From contig CABUKE010000001.1 in NCBI GenBank assembly GCA_902492065.1, positions 348,652 to 412,651 on the forward strand: DNA of 64,000 nt, written 5' to 3'. This document shows, piece by piece, positions 27,948 through 36,632 of this stretch. The position numbers and the translations under genes were made by a program. The stretch comes from an uncultured Eubacteriales bacterium. Its GTDB lineage: Bacteria > Bacillota > Clostridia > UBA1381 > UMGS1253. Position 1 is the stretch's first letter. Each line of letters begins with the position of its first letter. Under the pieces are notes generated by a model. The model had not been told where the DNA came from and did not search any database. It saw nothing but the letters and a program-made list of their open reading frames with translations.

Positions 27948-28188
27948 ATTTAATCTCCTGTTCCAGATTGTCAAATAAATCTGTATTGTAAAATTCGCGC
28001 AGAGAGATTTCCAGTCCGTCGCATAATTTTTTAATCGTTACAGCGCCAGGATTTTTGGTGATACCGTTTACAATGTCATTGACTGTTGACTGTGTTGCGC
28101 CCGCCTTGGAGCATAATTTATTAATTGTAATATTTTTTTCCCTGCACAGTTCTAAAATGCGTTTGACAATTGCTTCTCTGGTATCCAT
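27946..28188 (-). CDS. XRE-family helix-turn-helix transcriptional regulator (80 aa)
   Basis: HTH_3 pattern ITINKLCSKAGATQSTVNDIVNG. GC is visibly low. Confidence 0.85.
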   Translation of the reverse strand: MDTREAIVKRILELCREKNITINKLCSKAGATQSTVNDIVNGITKNPGAVTIKKLCDGLEISLREFYNTDLFDNLEQEIK

Positions 28189-28253
28189 AACAATCCCTTC
28201 TTTTACTAAGTTTCTGTTAGTTATAGTATATGGATATCAGAATATATTATCAT

Positions 28254-28306
28254 TCGGAATACCGTTGACTGTTATGCCAAAGTGTAATATAATAGCGGTA
28301 TTCCGA
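28254..28306 (+). promoter_or_regulatory. Consensus sigma-A promoter (TTGACT-17-TATAAT) bracketed by an 11-nt perfect inverted repeat
   Basis: IR-L TCGGAATACCG at 28254-28264, -35 at 28265-28270, -10 at 28288-28293, IR-R CGGTATTCCGA at 28296-28306. Confidence 0.65.
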
Positions 28307-28323
28307 TACATGGAGGGGATTTT

Positions 28324-28785
28324 GTGCAGAGAAAGGAGCGGGCCTGCTGCTTTATTGGCGCAGAGGTTTTATACGGAGAAGACCTTGCGGCGCTTATGGG
28401 ACAGGCTGTTATAGAAATGGAACAACTGATTAAGCAGGGGATTGATACCTTTTACAGTGGCGCAATGCCGGGCTTTGACCTGCTTTGTGCATCGGCTGTT
28501 GTTGAATTGCAGAAGCAGCGGCACGGGATAACGCTTGTTTTTTTGCCGCCGTGTGGTCGTTGGGAACAATTTTTGCACGGTACATGGCGCAGTCTGTATC
28601 AGCAGCTCCTTCCCTTTGCCAATCGGGTATCTTATACGGTAAATCCGAGGACGGACAATTGTATCCGCAAACGGAACGAACGTATGATAAAATGGTCAGA
28701 AGCAGTGCTTACCCATTGTCCGCATACGTGGGATATGGGGTGGAATCTGATTCAGGACTGCGATACAGACGTTATTAAGATATGA
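28324..28785 (+). CDS. DUF1273 / YpsA-like SLOG-superfamily protein
   Basis: GTG start after the SD ggagggg. The Rossmann-like core GAMPGFDLLCASAV resembles the YpsA GQLGVELWAAEAA region, and RKRNERMIKWSEAVL is DUF1273-like. Confidence 0.6.
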   Translation: MQRKERACCFIGAEVLYGEDLAALMGQAVIEMEQLIKQGIDTFYSGAMPGFDLLCASAVVELQKQRHGITLVFLPPCGRWEQFLHGTWRSLYQQLLPFANRVSYTVNPRTDNCIRKRNERMIKWSEAVLTHCPHTWDMGWNLIQDCDTDVIKI

Positions 28786-28812
28786 AAAAAGGACAGCGCA
28801 AGCTGTCCTTTT
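28785..28812. terminator. Bidirectional rho-independent terminator
   Basis: ggacagc/gctgtcc stem flanked by A6 and T4. Confidence 0.75.
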
Positions 28813-28813
28813 G

Positions 28814-30187
28814 CTACATCCGGTGAACCAGGTTTCTAACCCATTGTCCCTTAAAGGTACGGTGCGTCACCAGAATAAACTTCACGATTTCTTCACTGAG
28901 CATAATGGCATGTACGACAATGATATTGCATTTGAAAACAAGGCCGAACAGCGCGCCGAGCGGAAGAGCGATGGCCCATACGCCGGCGAGATCCAAATAC
29001 AGAGTAAATTTCGTATCGCCGCCGTTGCGCAGCACGCCGACCATTTGTACGAGATTGGCATTTCGAAGCGGCGCATACAGGCCCGTTATAATAATTAGCC
29101 AAGTCGCATTGAACATGACTTCTTCCGAGACGTTGTAGATTACCCAAACGATTGGGGCACACACGGCAATCAAAATTGTAAACGCAATGCTGAACACAGG
29201 TGCAATCAGATTAAACCGTTTTCCGTATTCAAGCGCGAGATCCTCTTTCCCTTCTCCAATCGTTTTCCCAATGATAACACCGGCAGCATAACTGATGCCA
29301 AAGAATAATGCCCGGAACAGGTTGTCGAAGACATTGTTGATATTCATGGCTGCTACTACATTGGTACCCATGTGGGAAAATACGATGGAATACATAGCAA
29401 CGCCGATTCCCCATGCACTTTCATTTAAAATAACCGGCGTTACGGCCCGCATGAACGGCTTTATAAACCCCATATGAAGCGCCCGGCCAAAGTCTTTGAG
29501 CCGGATAGAAATCATGGAGAAACGCGTGTATAGCACAGTTGTCACGACAATTAGCTCAATCAGACGCGTAATCGTTGTTGCAAGGGCGGCGCCCTCAACG
29601 CCAAGAGCAGGCAGTCCGAGCTTTCCAAAGATTAATATGTAATTGAGCACCGTATTGATAATCAGCGACATAATTGATGTGACAAGCGCAAGCGTTGGCC
29701 GTTCGATTGTCCGGACGGAGCTGCTGACCGTCAGCGATATTGCATAAGGAATATAGCTGATTGCAATAATGCGCAGGTACTTACATCCCAGAACAATAAC
29801 CTGTTCATCATTGGAGAAAATACGCATTAAAAATTCCGGAGTGATTAACGCAAATAAGGTAAAAAGTGCGGATGGAACCAGACTGAGCACAATACTGAGT
29901 GCCATTGTCTTACGAATACTTGACAAATCACGTTTACCCCAAAATTGTGCAACAAACACATTGCACCCGCTGCTTACGCCAAACAGAATCAGAGAAAGAA
30001 TAAAAAACACCTGATTGGCAAGGCCAACCGATGCGATTGAAGCCTCCCCTAACTGACCAACCATAACTGTATCGGCTGTGTTGACAGACGCGTTAATAAG
30101 ATTTTGCATTGCAATCGGAAGCGAGAGTGCAAACATCCACTTTAGAAATTTTCTGTCCCGCAGCGCTTCTGAAAACCTCATATCCAT
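28814..30187 (-). CDS. MATE family efflux transporter
   Basis: 457 aa with 12 predicted TM segments. The N-terminal LALSLPIAMQNLINASVNTADTVMVGQLG is typical of MATE/NorM transporters. Confidence 0.88.
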   Translation of the reverse strand: MDMRFSEALRDRKFLKWMFALSLPIAMQNLINASVNTADTVMVGQLGEASIASVGLANQVFFILSLILFGVSSGCNVFVAQFWGKRDLSSIRKTMALSIVLSLVPSALFTLFALITPEFLMRIFSNDEQVIVLGCKYLRIIAISYIPYAISLTVSSSVRTIERPTLALVTSIMSLIINTVLNYILIFGKLGLPALGVEGAALATTITRLIELIVVTTVLYTRFSMISIRLKDFGRALHMGFIKPFMRAVTPVILNESAWGIGVAMYSIVFSHMGTNVVAAMNINNVFDNLFRALFFGISYAAGVIIGKTIGEGKEDLALEYGKRFNLIAPVFSIAFTILIAVCAPIVWVIYNVSEEVMFNATWLIIITGLYAPLRNANLVQMVGVLRNGGDTKFTLYLDLAGVWAIALPLGALFGLVFKCNIIVVHAIMLSEEIVKFILVTHRTFKGQWVRNLVHRM

Positions 30188-30415
30188 CCCCCTTTATAAA
30201 CGTCGCGTTACAGCGCAGTAATTTCTATTATAGCACAGAGTATTAAGAAAATGCAAGGATTCATAAATGTGAAAATTATAACAGATTCTATATAAATATT
30301 TTATAAAGTTGTGCAAATTATATAATAATACAAGTAAAATTTACACAATTCGCTGTATTCTTCCGAAATTTTACATAAAAAATTGTTTGATATAGCATAT
30401 ATTTCACAAATTTGC

Positions 30416-30444
30416 TTGACAATTTCGTGATTATTGCATATAAT
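30416..30444 (+). promoter_or_regulatory. Consensus sigma-A promoter (TTGACA-17-TATAAT) upstream of sigH
   Basis: Both hexamers are perfect, at 30416-30421 and 30439-30444. Confidence 0.65.
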
Positions 30445-30504
30445 GAGGCCATAACTAAGATAGGACAACGGATTGGTACACCAGATAAGGAGGCAAGGAT
30501 TAGG

Positions 30505-31146
30505 GTGCAAACGGCAAATAATCAAACGGCATCTTTTGCTTCCAAAACGGATGAAGAAACGGTTGCGCTGGCGCAGGAAGGGGACATTGGCGCGACAGAA
30601 TACTTGCTTGACAAATATAAGAGCCTTGTAAAAGCGCGCGCACGGGCCTATTTTTTGATTGGTGCGGATCGGGAGGATATCATCCAGGAAGGAATGATTG
30701 GGCTTTACAAGGCGATTCGGGATTTCAGGCCGGACAAGCAGTCCAACTTTTCAGCGTTTGCCGACCTGTGTGCGACCCGGCAGATTGTGACTGCCATCAA
30801 GACTGCGACAAGACTCAAGCATACGCCGCTCAATAATTATATATCTTTGAACAAACCGATGTATGAGAACGAGTCGGAAAAGTCGCTGATTGATTTGGTA
30901 GCGGAAACGATTGTGTCTGACCCGGAACAGATCGTGATAAATGCAGAATCGTTCGAGCAGATTAGCAGTGAAATATTTAAGTATTTGAGTAAATTTGAAA
31001 AAGACGTGTTGCGCCTGTATTTAGATGGAAAAAGCTATCAGGAGATATCAGAGGAGCTTAACAGGACATCAAAATCAATCGACAATGCGCTTCAGAGAAT
31101 AAAAAAGAAGCTGGAAACACAGCTAATGACATCCGGAGAGGCATAA
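30505..31146 (+). CDS. sigH: RNA polymerase sporulation sigma factor SigH
   Basis: The near-invariant SigH block YFLIGADREDIIQEGMIGLYKAIRDF...TRQIVTAIKTATRLKH..PLN and YLDGKSYQEISEELNR..KSIDNALQRIKKKL are both present. GTG at 30505 after the SD aaggagg. Confidence 0.93.
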   Translation: MQTANNQTASFASKTDEETVALAQEGDIGATEYLLDKYKSLVKARARAYFLIGADREDIIQEGMIGLYKAIRDFRPDKQSNFSAFADLCATRQIVTAIKTATRLKHTPLNNYISLNKPMYENESEKSLIDLVAETIVSDPEQIVINAESFEQISSEIFKYLSKFEKDVLRLYLDGKSYQEISEELNRTSKSIDNALQRIKKKLETQLMTSGEA

Positions 31147-31317
31147 GGGGCGGCTGTGGCAGACAGGAATGTAAGGTGGCCTGTTATTATTTCAAAAATT
31201 TGCCTGGTTATCAGGCTGATTTATCTCTACTAAAGTTTCAGAGGGCACAGGCGCGGGGCGTTTGGCGGCGACGGCTTATGTAGAGCTACCAATTTATTCA
31301 AAAGTGAGGGGATCAAC

Positions 31318-31587
31318 ATGTACGAGGACAAGACACTGATTTGTAAGGACTGTGGGAATGAGTTTGTTTTTACAGCGGGCGAGCAGGAGTTCTACGCAGA
31401 AAAGGGCTTTGAAAACGAACCGCAGCGTTGTAAGGATTGCCGTACGGCAAGAAAGGCTGCTATCCGTGCATCTCGGGAGATGCATGATGTAATTTGTGCA
31501 GATTGCGGCGCGCCGACTCAGGTGCCCTTTAAGCCAAAGGATGACCGGCCTGTATATTGCAGTGCATGCTTTGAAAAACATAGATAA
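31318..31587 (+). CDS. Zinc-ribbon domain protein (two CxxC pairs in each half)
   Basis: CKDCGNEF...CKDCR and CADCGAPT...CSACF. Confidence 0.7.
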   Translation: MYEDKTLICKDCGNEFVFTAGEQEFYAEKGFENEPQRCKDCRTARKAAIRASREMHDVICADCGAPTQVPFKPKDDRPVYCSACFEKHR

Positions 31588-31620
31588 AAATTTTTTATAA
31601 AAGCTTTTATCTTTTGAGAA

Positions 31621-31655
31621 AAAGACACATTATACTGTGTATGATGTGTTTTTTT
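31621..31655 (+). terminator. Rho-independent terminator
   Basis: acacat...atgtgt stem with inner atac/gtat pairing, followed by T7. Confidence 0.7.
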
Positions 31656-31656
31656 C

Positions 31657-31684
31657 TTGCATTTCTGTAAAAAGGGTATATAAT
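31657..31684 (+). promoter_or_regulatory. Sigma-A promoter (TTGCAT-16-TATAAT) for ktrB-ktrA
   Basis: Hexamers at 31657-31662 and 31679-31684. Confidence 0.55.
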
Positions 31685-31738
31685 AGAGAGGTACATTAAG
31701 ATAGAATTAAAATTGGGACAGAAAAAGGAACGAAAGGT

Positions 31739-33133
31739 ATGAGCTTTGAATTCGTAAAAAGGCAATTACGCAAAGCACGGCTTTTTGCACAGTATAAAAT
31801 CCGTGTCAGTGCAGCGCAGACTATTGTTGGCGGATTTTTGCTTATTATACTGGTTGGAGCAATCCTATTAACACTTCCGATTGCAACGCGGAGCGGGGAA
31901 TCTACCGGTTTTGTGGACGCATTATTTACAGCGACTTCCTCAACCTGCGTGACCGGTCTTGTTGTCTTTGACACATACAGTTACTGGAGTCTGTTTGGCC
32001 AGACTGTCATCTTGACGATGATACAAATTGGCGGGCTTGGATTTATGACAATGGGTGCTGTATTTGCCTTTATATTGAAGAGCAAAATCAGTTTTCGGCA
32101 AAGACTGGTTATGAGCGAGTCAATCGGCATGGACATGACGAGCGGAATTGTGCGCATGACGCAGCATATTCTGGTTGGCACGCTGATTTTTGAAACGGTT
32201 GGCGCGCTGATTTTGGCGGTCCGATTTATACCGGAATTTGGCTTTTGGGACGGCATTTATAAGGGCGTGTTTCATGCGGTTTCTGCCTTTTGTAATTCTG
32301 GAATGGATTTGATGGGAGAGCGAGAGGCTTTTAGCTCTTTGACCTACTATGTCAACGACTGGACAGTGAATTTGACGATTATGCTGTTGATTACGATTGG
32401 CGGAACAGGCTTTTATGTATGGGAGGACATCTACCATGCAAAAAGTTATAAGGGGTTAAGCCTGCACAGCAAAATTGTTCTGACGATGAACATTTCACTG
32501 GTCGTTGTGGGGGCGCTGCTCATATTCGGTATGGATTATCACAACCCGGAAACACTCGGCCCGCTCTCACCGGCATCAAAGGTGCTGGCTTCTTTGTTCC
32601 AGTCTGTAGCGAGCCGGACGGCGGGCTTTAATACGGTTGATTTATCCTCTTTGTCGGTAGCTTCGACGTTTACCATGATTTTGTTGATGTTTATTGGCGG
32701 TGCACCCGGCTCGACGGCAGGCGGAATCAAGACGACGACGCTGGGCCTGTTGTTTTTCACGGCGATTTCGAGTTTGCGGGGGTCAAAAGACGTCAATGCA
32801 TTTGCGCGGCGGATGGAGCCGATGGCGGTTCGCCGTGCGGTGACAATTGTATTGATTGCCCTGTGCGTGGTTGCCGTTGGAATTATCATATTGTCTGGCG
32901 CAGACCCGGAACTGTCGTTTATTGAGGTCGTATTTGAGGTTGTTTCCGCATTTGGCACGGTTGGCCTTTCGCTGGGAATTACGCCGGAGATGGGCGTTAT
33001 CTCAAAGTTGGCGATTGCCTGCATTATGTTTTTCGGCCGGGTAGGAGTATTGACAATTATGCTGTCGCTTACTCTTAAAGGGTTTAAAGCAAAGAATACG
33101 GTTCGATATCCGATAGGAAGAATTTTGATTTAG
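31739..33133 (+). CDS. ktrB: TrkH/KtrB-family potassium uptake membrane subunit
   Basis: 464-aa polytopic protein with repeated pore-loop segments (TATSSTCVTGL, FCNSGMDL, SRTAGFNTV, APGSTAGGIKTTT). Confidence 0.88.
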   Translation: MSFEFVKRQLRKARLFAQYKIRVSAAQTIVGGFLLIILVGAILLTLPIATRSGESTGFVDALFTATSSTCVTGLVVFDTYSYWSLFGQTVILTMIQIGGLGFMTMGAVFAFILKSKISFRQRLVMSESIGMDMTSGIVRMTQHILVGTLIFETVGALILAVRFIPEFGFWDGIYKGVFHAVSAFCNSGMDLMGEREAFSSLTYYVNDWTVNLTIMLLITIGGTGFYVWEDIYHAKSYKGLSLHSKIVLTMNISLVVVGALLIFGMDYHNPETLGPLSPASKVLASLFQSVASRTAGFNTVDLSSLSVASTFTMILLMFIGGAPGSTAGGIKTTTLGLLFFTAISSLRGSKDVNAFARRMEPMAVRRAVTIVLIALCVVAVGIIILSGADPELSFIEVVFEVVSAFGTVGLSLGITPEMGVISKLAIACIMFFGRVGVLTIMLSLTLKGFKAKNTVRYPIGRILI

Positions 33134-33174
33134 TAAATATAAATGGAGTTTGATGGAAACAGAGGGAGAAACAA

Positions 33175-33819
33175 ATGAAACAGTCTTTTGCAGTATTGGG
33201 GCTTGGAAGTTTTGGACAGAGTGTCGCGCGGACGCTCTATTCGCTCGGCCATGAAGTGCTGGCGATTGACGGAAACGAGGATACCGTACAGGCCATTTCG
33301 GCCAGCGTAACACATGCAATTGAAGGGGATTGCCGCGACGAAAACGTACTGCGCGCGGTCGGCATCCGGAACTTTGACGTAGTTGTGGTTGCGATTGGAC
33401 AGGATTTGGAAGCGTCGATTCTGATTACGACGATTTTAAAAGAGCTTGGCGTGCCATATGTGGTGGCAAAGGCACACAGCCAGATGCATTCCCGAATACT
33501 CAAAAAGGTGGGGGCGGACAAGGTTGTGTTCCCGGAGCTGGATATGGGGGTGCGGGTTGCCAATACGCTGTCCAATGTCAATGTTGTGGATCTGCTGTCC
33601 CTGTCGGATGGTTACAGCATTGTCGAAATCAACTGCCCGGAAAGCTGGATTGGGAAAAGTATGATTGAGCTTGACATTCGCGCCCGTTATGGAATCAATA
33701 TTCTTGCGGTGCGCAATGGCGACGATATTGACGTATCGCCAGACCCGAACCGTATTTTCACGGAAGAAGATATTGTGATTGTCATTGGCGCAAACGACGA
33801 TATGAGTGGGATAAAATGA
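33175..33819 (+). CDS. ktrA: TrkA/KtrA-family RCK (NAD-binding) potassium uptake subunit
   Basis: VLGLGSFG Rossmann motif, TrkA-N plus TrkA-C domains, about 214 aa. Confidence 0.88.
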   Translation: MKQSFAVLGLGSFGQSVARTLYSLGHEVLAIDGNEDTVQAISASVTHAIEGDCRDENVLRAVGIRNFDVVVVAIGQDLEASILITTILKELGVPYVVAKAHSQMHSRILKKVGADKVVFPELDMGVRVANTLSNVNVVDLLSLSDGYSIVEINCPESWIGKSMIELDIRARYGINILAVRNGDDIDVSPDPNRIFTEEDIVIVIGANDDMSGIK

Positions 33820-34610
33820 TGACGGAGATACGGAGCAGTTCCAACAAGACATATAAATATATCAAGTCGCTTCAGACAAAAAAGGCGCGGGTGCAGAGCA
33901 AGTGCTATTTGGTTGAGGGCATTAAATCCGTTCGGGAAGCATTTGACGCGGGAATTGCAGCTGAGCTTCTGGCGGTCAGCAGCAGTGCAGTACAGGAGAC
34001 AATGGCTGGGCCGCTTCTCTCTGCGGCGCGGGAGCGGGATATCCCGGTATATGAAATAGCGGATAATTTGTTTCCGCAGCTATGTGATACCAAAACGCCC
34101 GAGGGCGTGCTGTGTGTTGCAAAGATGCCACAAAAGCGGGAAATTGTGATTCAGGACGGCGTGTATTTATACTGTGACCACGTATCCGACCCGGGCAATG
34201 CGGGGACGCTGATTCGCTGTGCCGACGCGGCCGGTGCGGCGGGGGTTCTATTTTCGCCGGGATGTGTGGACTTGTACAGTCCGAAGGTTGTCCGTGCGAC
34301 GATGGGTTCGCTGTTCCATCTGCCGGTCTATGACAGTGTGGAGCTTTCGCAGCTTTGCATGATGAAGGAACAGGGATTCCGGCTGATTGCGGGCGCGCTG
34401 ACCGCATCGGCGCAGGATTATCGGGAGGCGGAGTATCCGCCGCGCTCAATCCTTGTGATTGGGAACGAAGCGAACGGCGTTTTATGCGACGTGCTTGCGG
34501 CGTGCGACAGCACGGTGATTATCCCGATTACCGGACGGGCAGAGTCGCTGAACGCCTCTGTCGCCGGGGCACTTCTGCTGTATGAGTGGCGGCGGAACAA
34601 TCGGGTATAA
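33816..34610 (+). CDS. TrmH/SpoU-family RNA 2'-O-methyltransferase
   Basis: SpoU motifs DPGNAGTLIRCADAAG, LVIGNEANGV and IPITGRAESLNASVAGALLLYE. ATGA overlap with ktrA. Confidence 0.88.
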   Translation: MMTEIRSSSNKTYKYIKSLQTKKARVQSKCYLVEGIKSVREAFDAGIAAELLAVSSSAVQETMAGPLLSAARERDIPVYEIADNLFPQLCDTKTPEGVLCVAKMPQKREIVIQDGVYLYCDHVSDPGNAGTLIRCADAAGAAGVLFSPGCVDLYSPKVVRATMGSLFHLPVYDSVELSQLCMMKEQGFRLIAGALTASAQDYREAEYPPRSILVIGNEANGVLCDVLAACDSTVIIPITGRAESLNASVAGALLLYEWRRNNRV

Positions 34611-34627
34611 GAAAGAAGGGGTACGCT

Positions 34628-35218
34628 ATGGAGCAACAACGGTTTGAAAAGCAGCTTGCGTTTTTGGTCGAAGCCGATAAGATGAAAACCATCTTCCGGC
34701 GCACACGCCTGATTACGGAAAACAGGCGGGAGGACGACGCGGAGCATTCGTGGCACTTTGCGCTGACGGCGCTAGTACTGCTTGAGTATGCGAAGGAGGA
34801 CGTGGACATTAACCATGTGATTCAGATGGCACTGGTACACGATTTGGTTGAGGTCTATGCCGGCGATACGTTTGCCTATGACGAGCAGGGCTATCAGGAC
34901 AAAGAACAGCGCGAGCTTGCAGCGGCGGACAAAATATTTGGCCTGCTGCCGGACGAGCAGGGGAGACGGTTGCGCGCGCTGTGGGAGGAGTTTGAAGCCT
35001 TTGAAACAAAGGAAGCGTGCTATGCCAACGCGATTGACCGGCTCCAGCCGTTTATTAATAATGCGAAAACGCAGGGCCATACCTGGCGCGAGGGCAGCGT
35101 GACGAGCGCGCAGGTCTACAAGCGGATGGACGCGGTGCGTCTGTATGCGCCGGAGCTGTGGCCGTTTATTGTGTTCGTCATTGATGATGCCATTAAAAAG
35201 GGCTATTTAAAACCATGA
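34628..35218 (+). CDS. HD-domain phosphohydrolase (YfbR-like 5'-nucleotidase family)
   Basis: DAEHSWH...VHDLVEVYAGD metal ligands. Confidence 0.8.
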   Translation: MEQQRFEKQLAFLVEADKMKTIFRRTRLITENRREDDAEHSWHFALTALVLLEYAKEDVDINHVIQMALVHDLVEVYAGDTFAYDEQGYQDKEQRELAAADKIFGLLPDEQGRRLRALWEEFEAFETKEACYANAIDRLQPFINNAKTQGHTWREGSVTSAQVYKRMDAVRLYAPELWPFIVFVIDDAIKKGYLKP

Positions 35219-35227
35219 TTGATAGAG

Positions 35228-35252
35228 GGGCAGCCTGTGGCTGTCCTTTTTT
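35228..35252 (+). terminator. Rho-independent terminator
   Basis: gggcagcc tgt ggctgtcc followed by T6. Confidence 0.8.
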
Positions 35253-35329
35253 ACAGATAATAAGTAAAATATACTTGACTTTTTATAAAATATATATTAA
35301 CATAGGAGGTAGAAAGGGCTGGTGACGCC

Positions 35330-35530
35330 ATGGGGAAAAATCTGAAACTGAAAGCGGCCCGCGCCGCACTTGATATGACGCAAAAAGAACTGGCCGAGGC
35401 GGTCGGCGTGACGCGGCAGACTATAAATGCCATTGAAAAGGGCGACTATAACCCGACGATCCGGCTCTGCAATGCGATATGCAGGACGCTTGGGAAGACG
35501 CTGGACGAACTGTTTTGGGAAAACGATTGA
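35330..35530 (+). CDS. Small XRE-family HTH transcriptional regulator (66 aa)
   Basis: MTQKELAEAVGVTRQTINAIEKGDYNPT. Confidence 0.88.
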   Translation: MGKNLKLKAARAALDMTQKELAEAVGVTRQTINAIEKGDYNPTIRLCNAICRTLGKTLDELFWEND

Positions 35531-35544
35531 GAGGAGGAGAGAAG

Positions 35545-35973
35545 ATGGAGAAGAAGAACTATGACGAGTATCAAATCAAAATCCGGCACAGGCTTGCCTT
35601 TCATACCATGCTGCTGACGTTTGTGCTGATTATCGCAAACGCCTTTGTAAAGAGCTGGTATGTGTGGGCCGAGCCGGGCGCGGAGGCAATGGTACTTGTT
35701 GGAGTGCCGACGCTGTACTTCATCACGGGTGCAGTGCTTCAAAACGCCTATATCAGCGCAAAGGAGCGCAGTCCATGGGTTACGATAATTCTTTTTGGCC
35801 TGCTGGCAGTTGTGGAATTGTTTTCGTTTTTGGCAGGCGGCGCGGATAGGCTTGTAATAGACGGACGCCTGTCAACAGGAGTGCTACCGCTTGCACTGTT
35901 TATTCTATTCGGCTATTTATCGCTTATTTTGCTGGTTAAAGAGCTGTTGAGCCGACGTGAAAGAGAAGAATAA
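35545..35973 (+). CDS. Membrane protein of unknown function (4 TM), paired with the small XRE regulator
   Basis: ATG at 35545 after the SD gaggaggag. There are four hydrophobic helices. The small-HTH-plus-membrane-protein pairing is common in Firmicutes. Confidence 0.6.
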   Translation: MEKKNYDEYQIKIRHRLAFHTMLLTFVLIIANAFVKSWYVWAEPGAEAMVLVGVPTLYFITGAVLQNAYISAKERSPWVTIILFGLLAVVELFSFLAGGADRLVIDGRLSTGVLPLALFILFGYLSLILLVKELLSRREREE

Positions 35974-36001
35974 AAGGCTGCGCCAACTGGCACAGCCTTT
36001 T
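35972..36001. terminator. Bidirectional terminator
   Basis: aaaaggctg...cagcctttt between convergent genes. Confidence 0.7.
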
Positions 36002-36002
36002 A

Positions 36003-36617
36003 TTATCGGATATCAATTTCCCAGTCTTTGTGGTAATACTGCCTGTCCTGCTCGTTGATTTCCCGTAATACACGGCAGGGAGAGCCGACGGCAACGACGT
36101 TCGACGGAATGTCCTTTGTCACGACACTGCCCGCGCCGATTACGGAATTATCCCCGATGGTAACGCCAGGCAGGACAATGCTGCCCGCGCCGACCCATAC
36201 GTTATTGCCAATGTGGATGGGCAGGTTATACTGGGCCACCTTGCTCCGCAAATCCGGGTCAATCGGGTGCGTCCCGGTTGCAAGGATAACATTTGGCCCA
36301 AACATTACCTTGTCGCCCACAAAAATCTCACAGTCATCCACCAAAACGAGATTGAAGTTGGCATAAACCTGGTTTCCAAAGTGGACATATTTTCCGCCCC
36401 AGTTTGCATGAAACGGCGTTTCAATGTAGCAGTTATCCCCGATTTCGGCAAACATTTCTTTCAGAAGGCGGGTTTTTTCCGCGGCCTGGCTCGGGCGGAG
36501 GCTGTTGTACTCGAACACCTTGTCGAGATAGGTGGCCTGCTCCGTCATGAACTCCTCGCTTCCGCAGAAGTAGAGCTTTCCGCCGAGAATCCGGCGTGTT
36601 AGTTCGTTTTTATCCAT
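36003..36617 (-). CDS. Sugar O-acetyltransferase (maltose/galactoside acetyltransferase-like, hexapeptide repeat)
   Basis: Mac-type N-terminus (MLAGKLY-like RILGGKLYF) and left-handed beta-helix repeats IGNNVWVGAGSIVLPGVTIGDNSVIGAGSVV. Confidence 0.88.
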   Translation of the reverse strand: MDKNELTRRILGGKLYFCGSEEFMTEQATYLDKVFEYNSLRPSQAAEKTRLLKEMFAEIGDNCYIETPFHANWGGKYVHFGNQVYANFNLVLVDDCEIFVGDKVMFGPNVILATGTHPIDPDLRSKVAQYNLPIHIGNNVWVGAGSIVLPGVTIGDNSVIGAGSVVTKDIPSNVVAVGSPCRVLREINEQDRQYYHKDWEIDIR

Positions 36618-36632
36618 TAACTTCCTCCTTGC

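Noticed and set aside
31685-31738. A possible c-di-AMP (ydaO/kimA-type) riboswitch upstream of the ktrB-ktrA potassium uptake genes.
   Set aside because: The promoter -10 ends at 31684 and the start codon is at 31739. The UTR is only about 50 nt, which is too short for that riboswitch, and no conserved ACGGGGA-type cores are visible.
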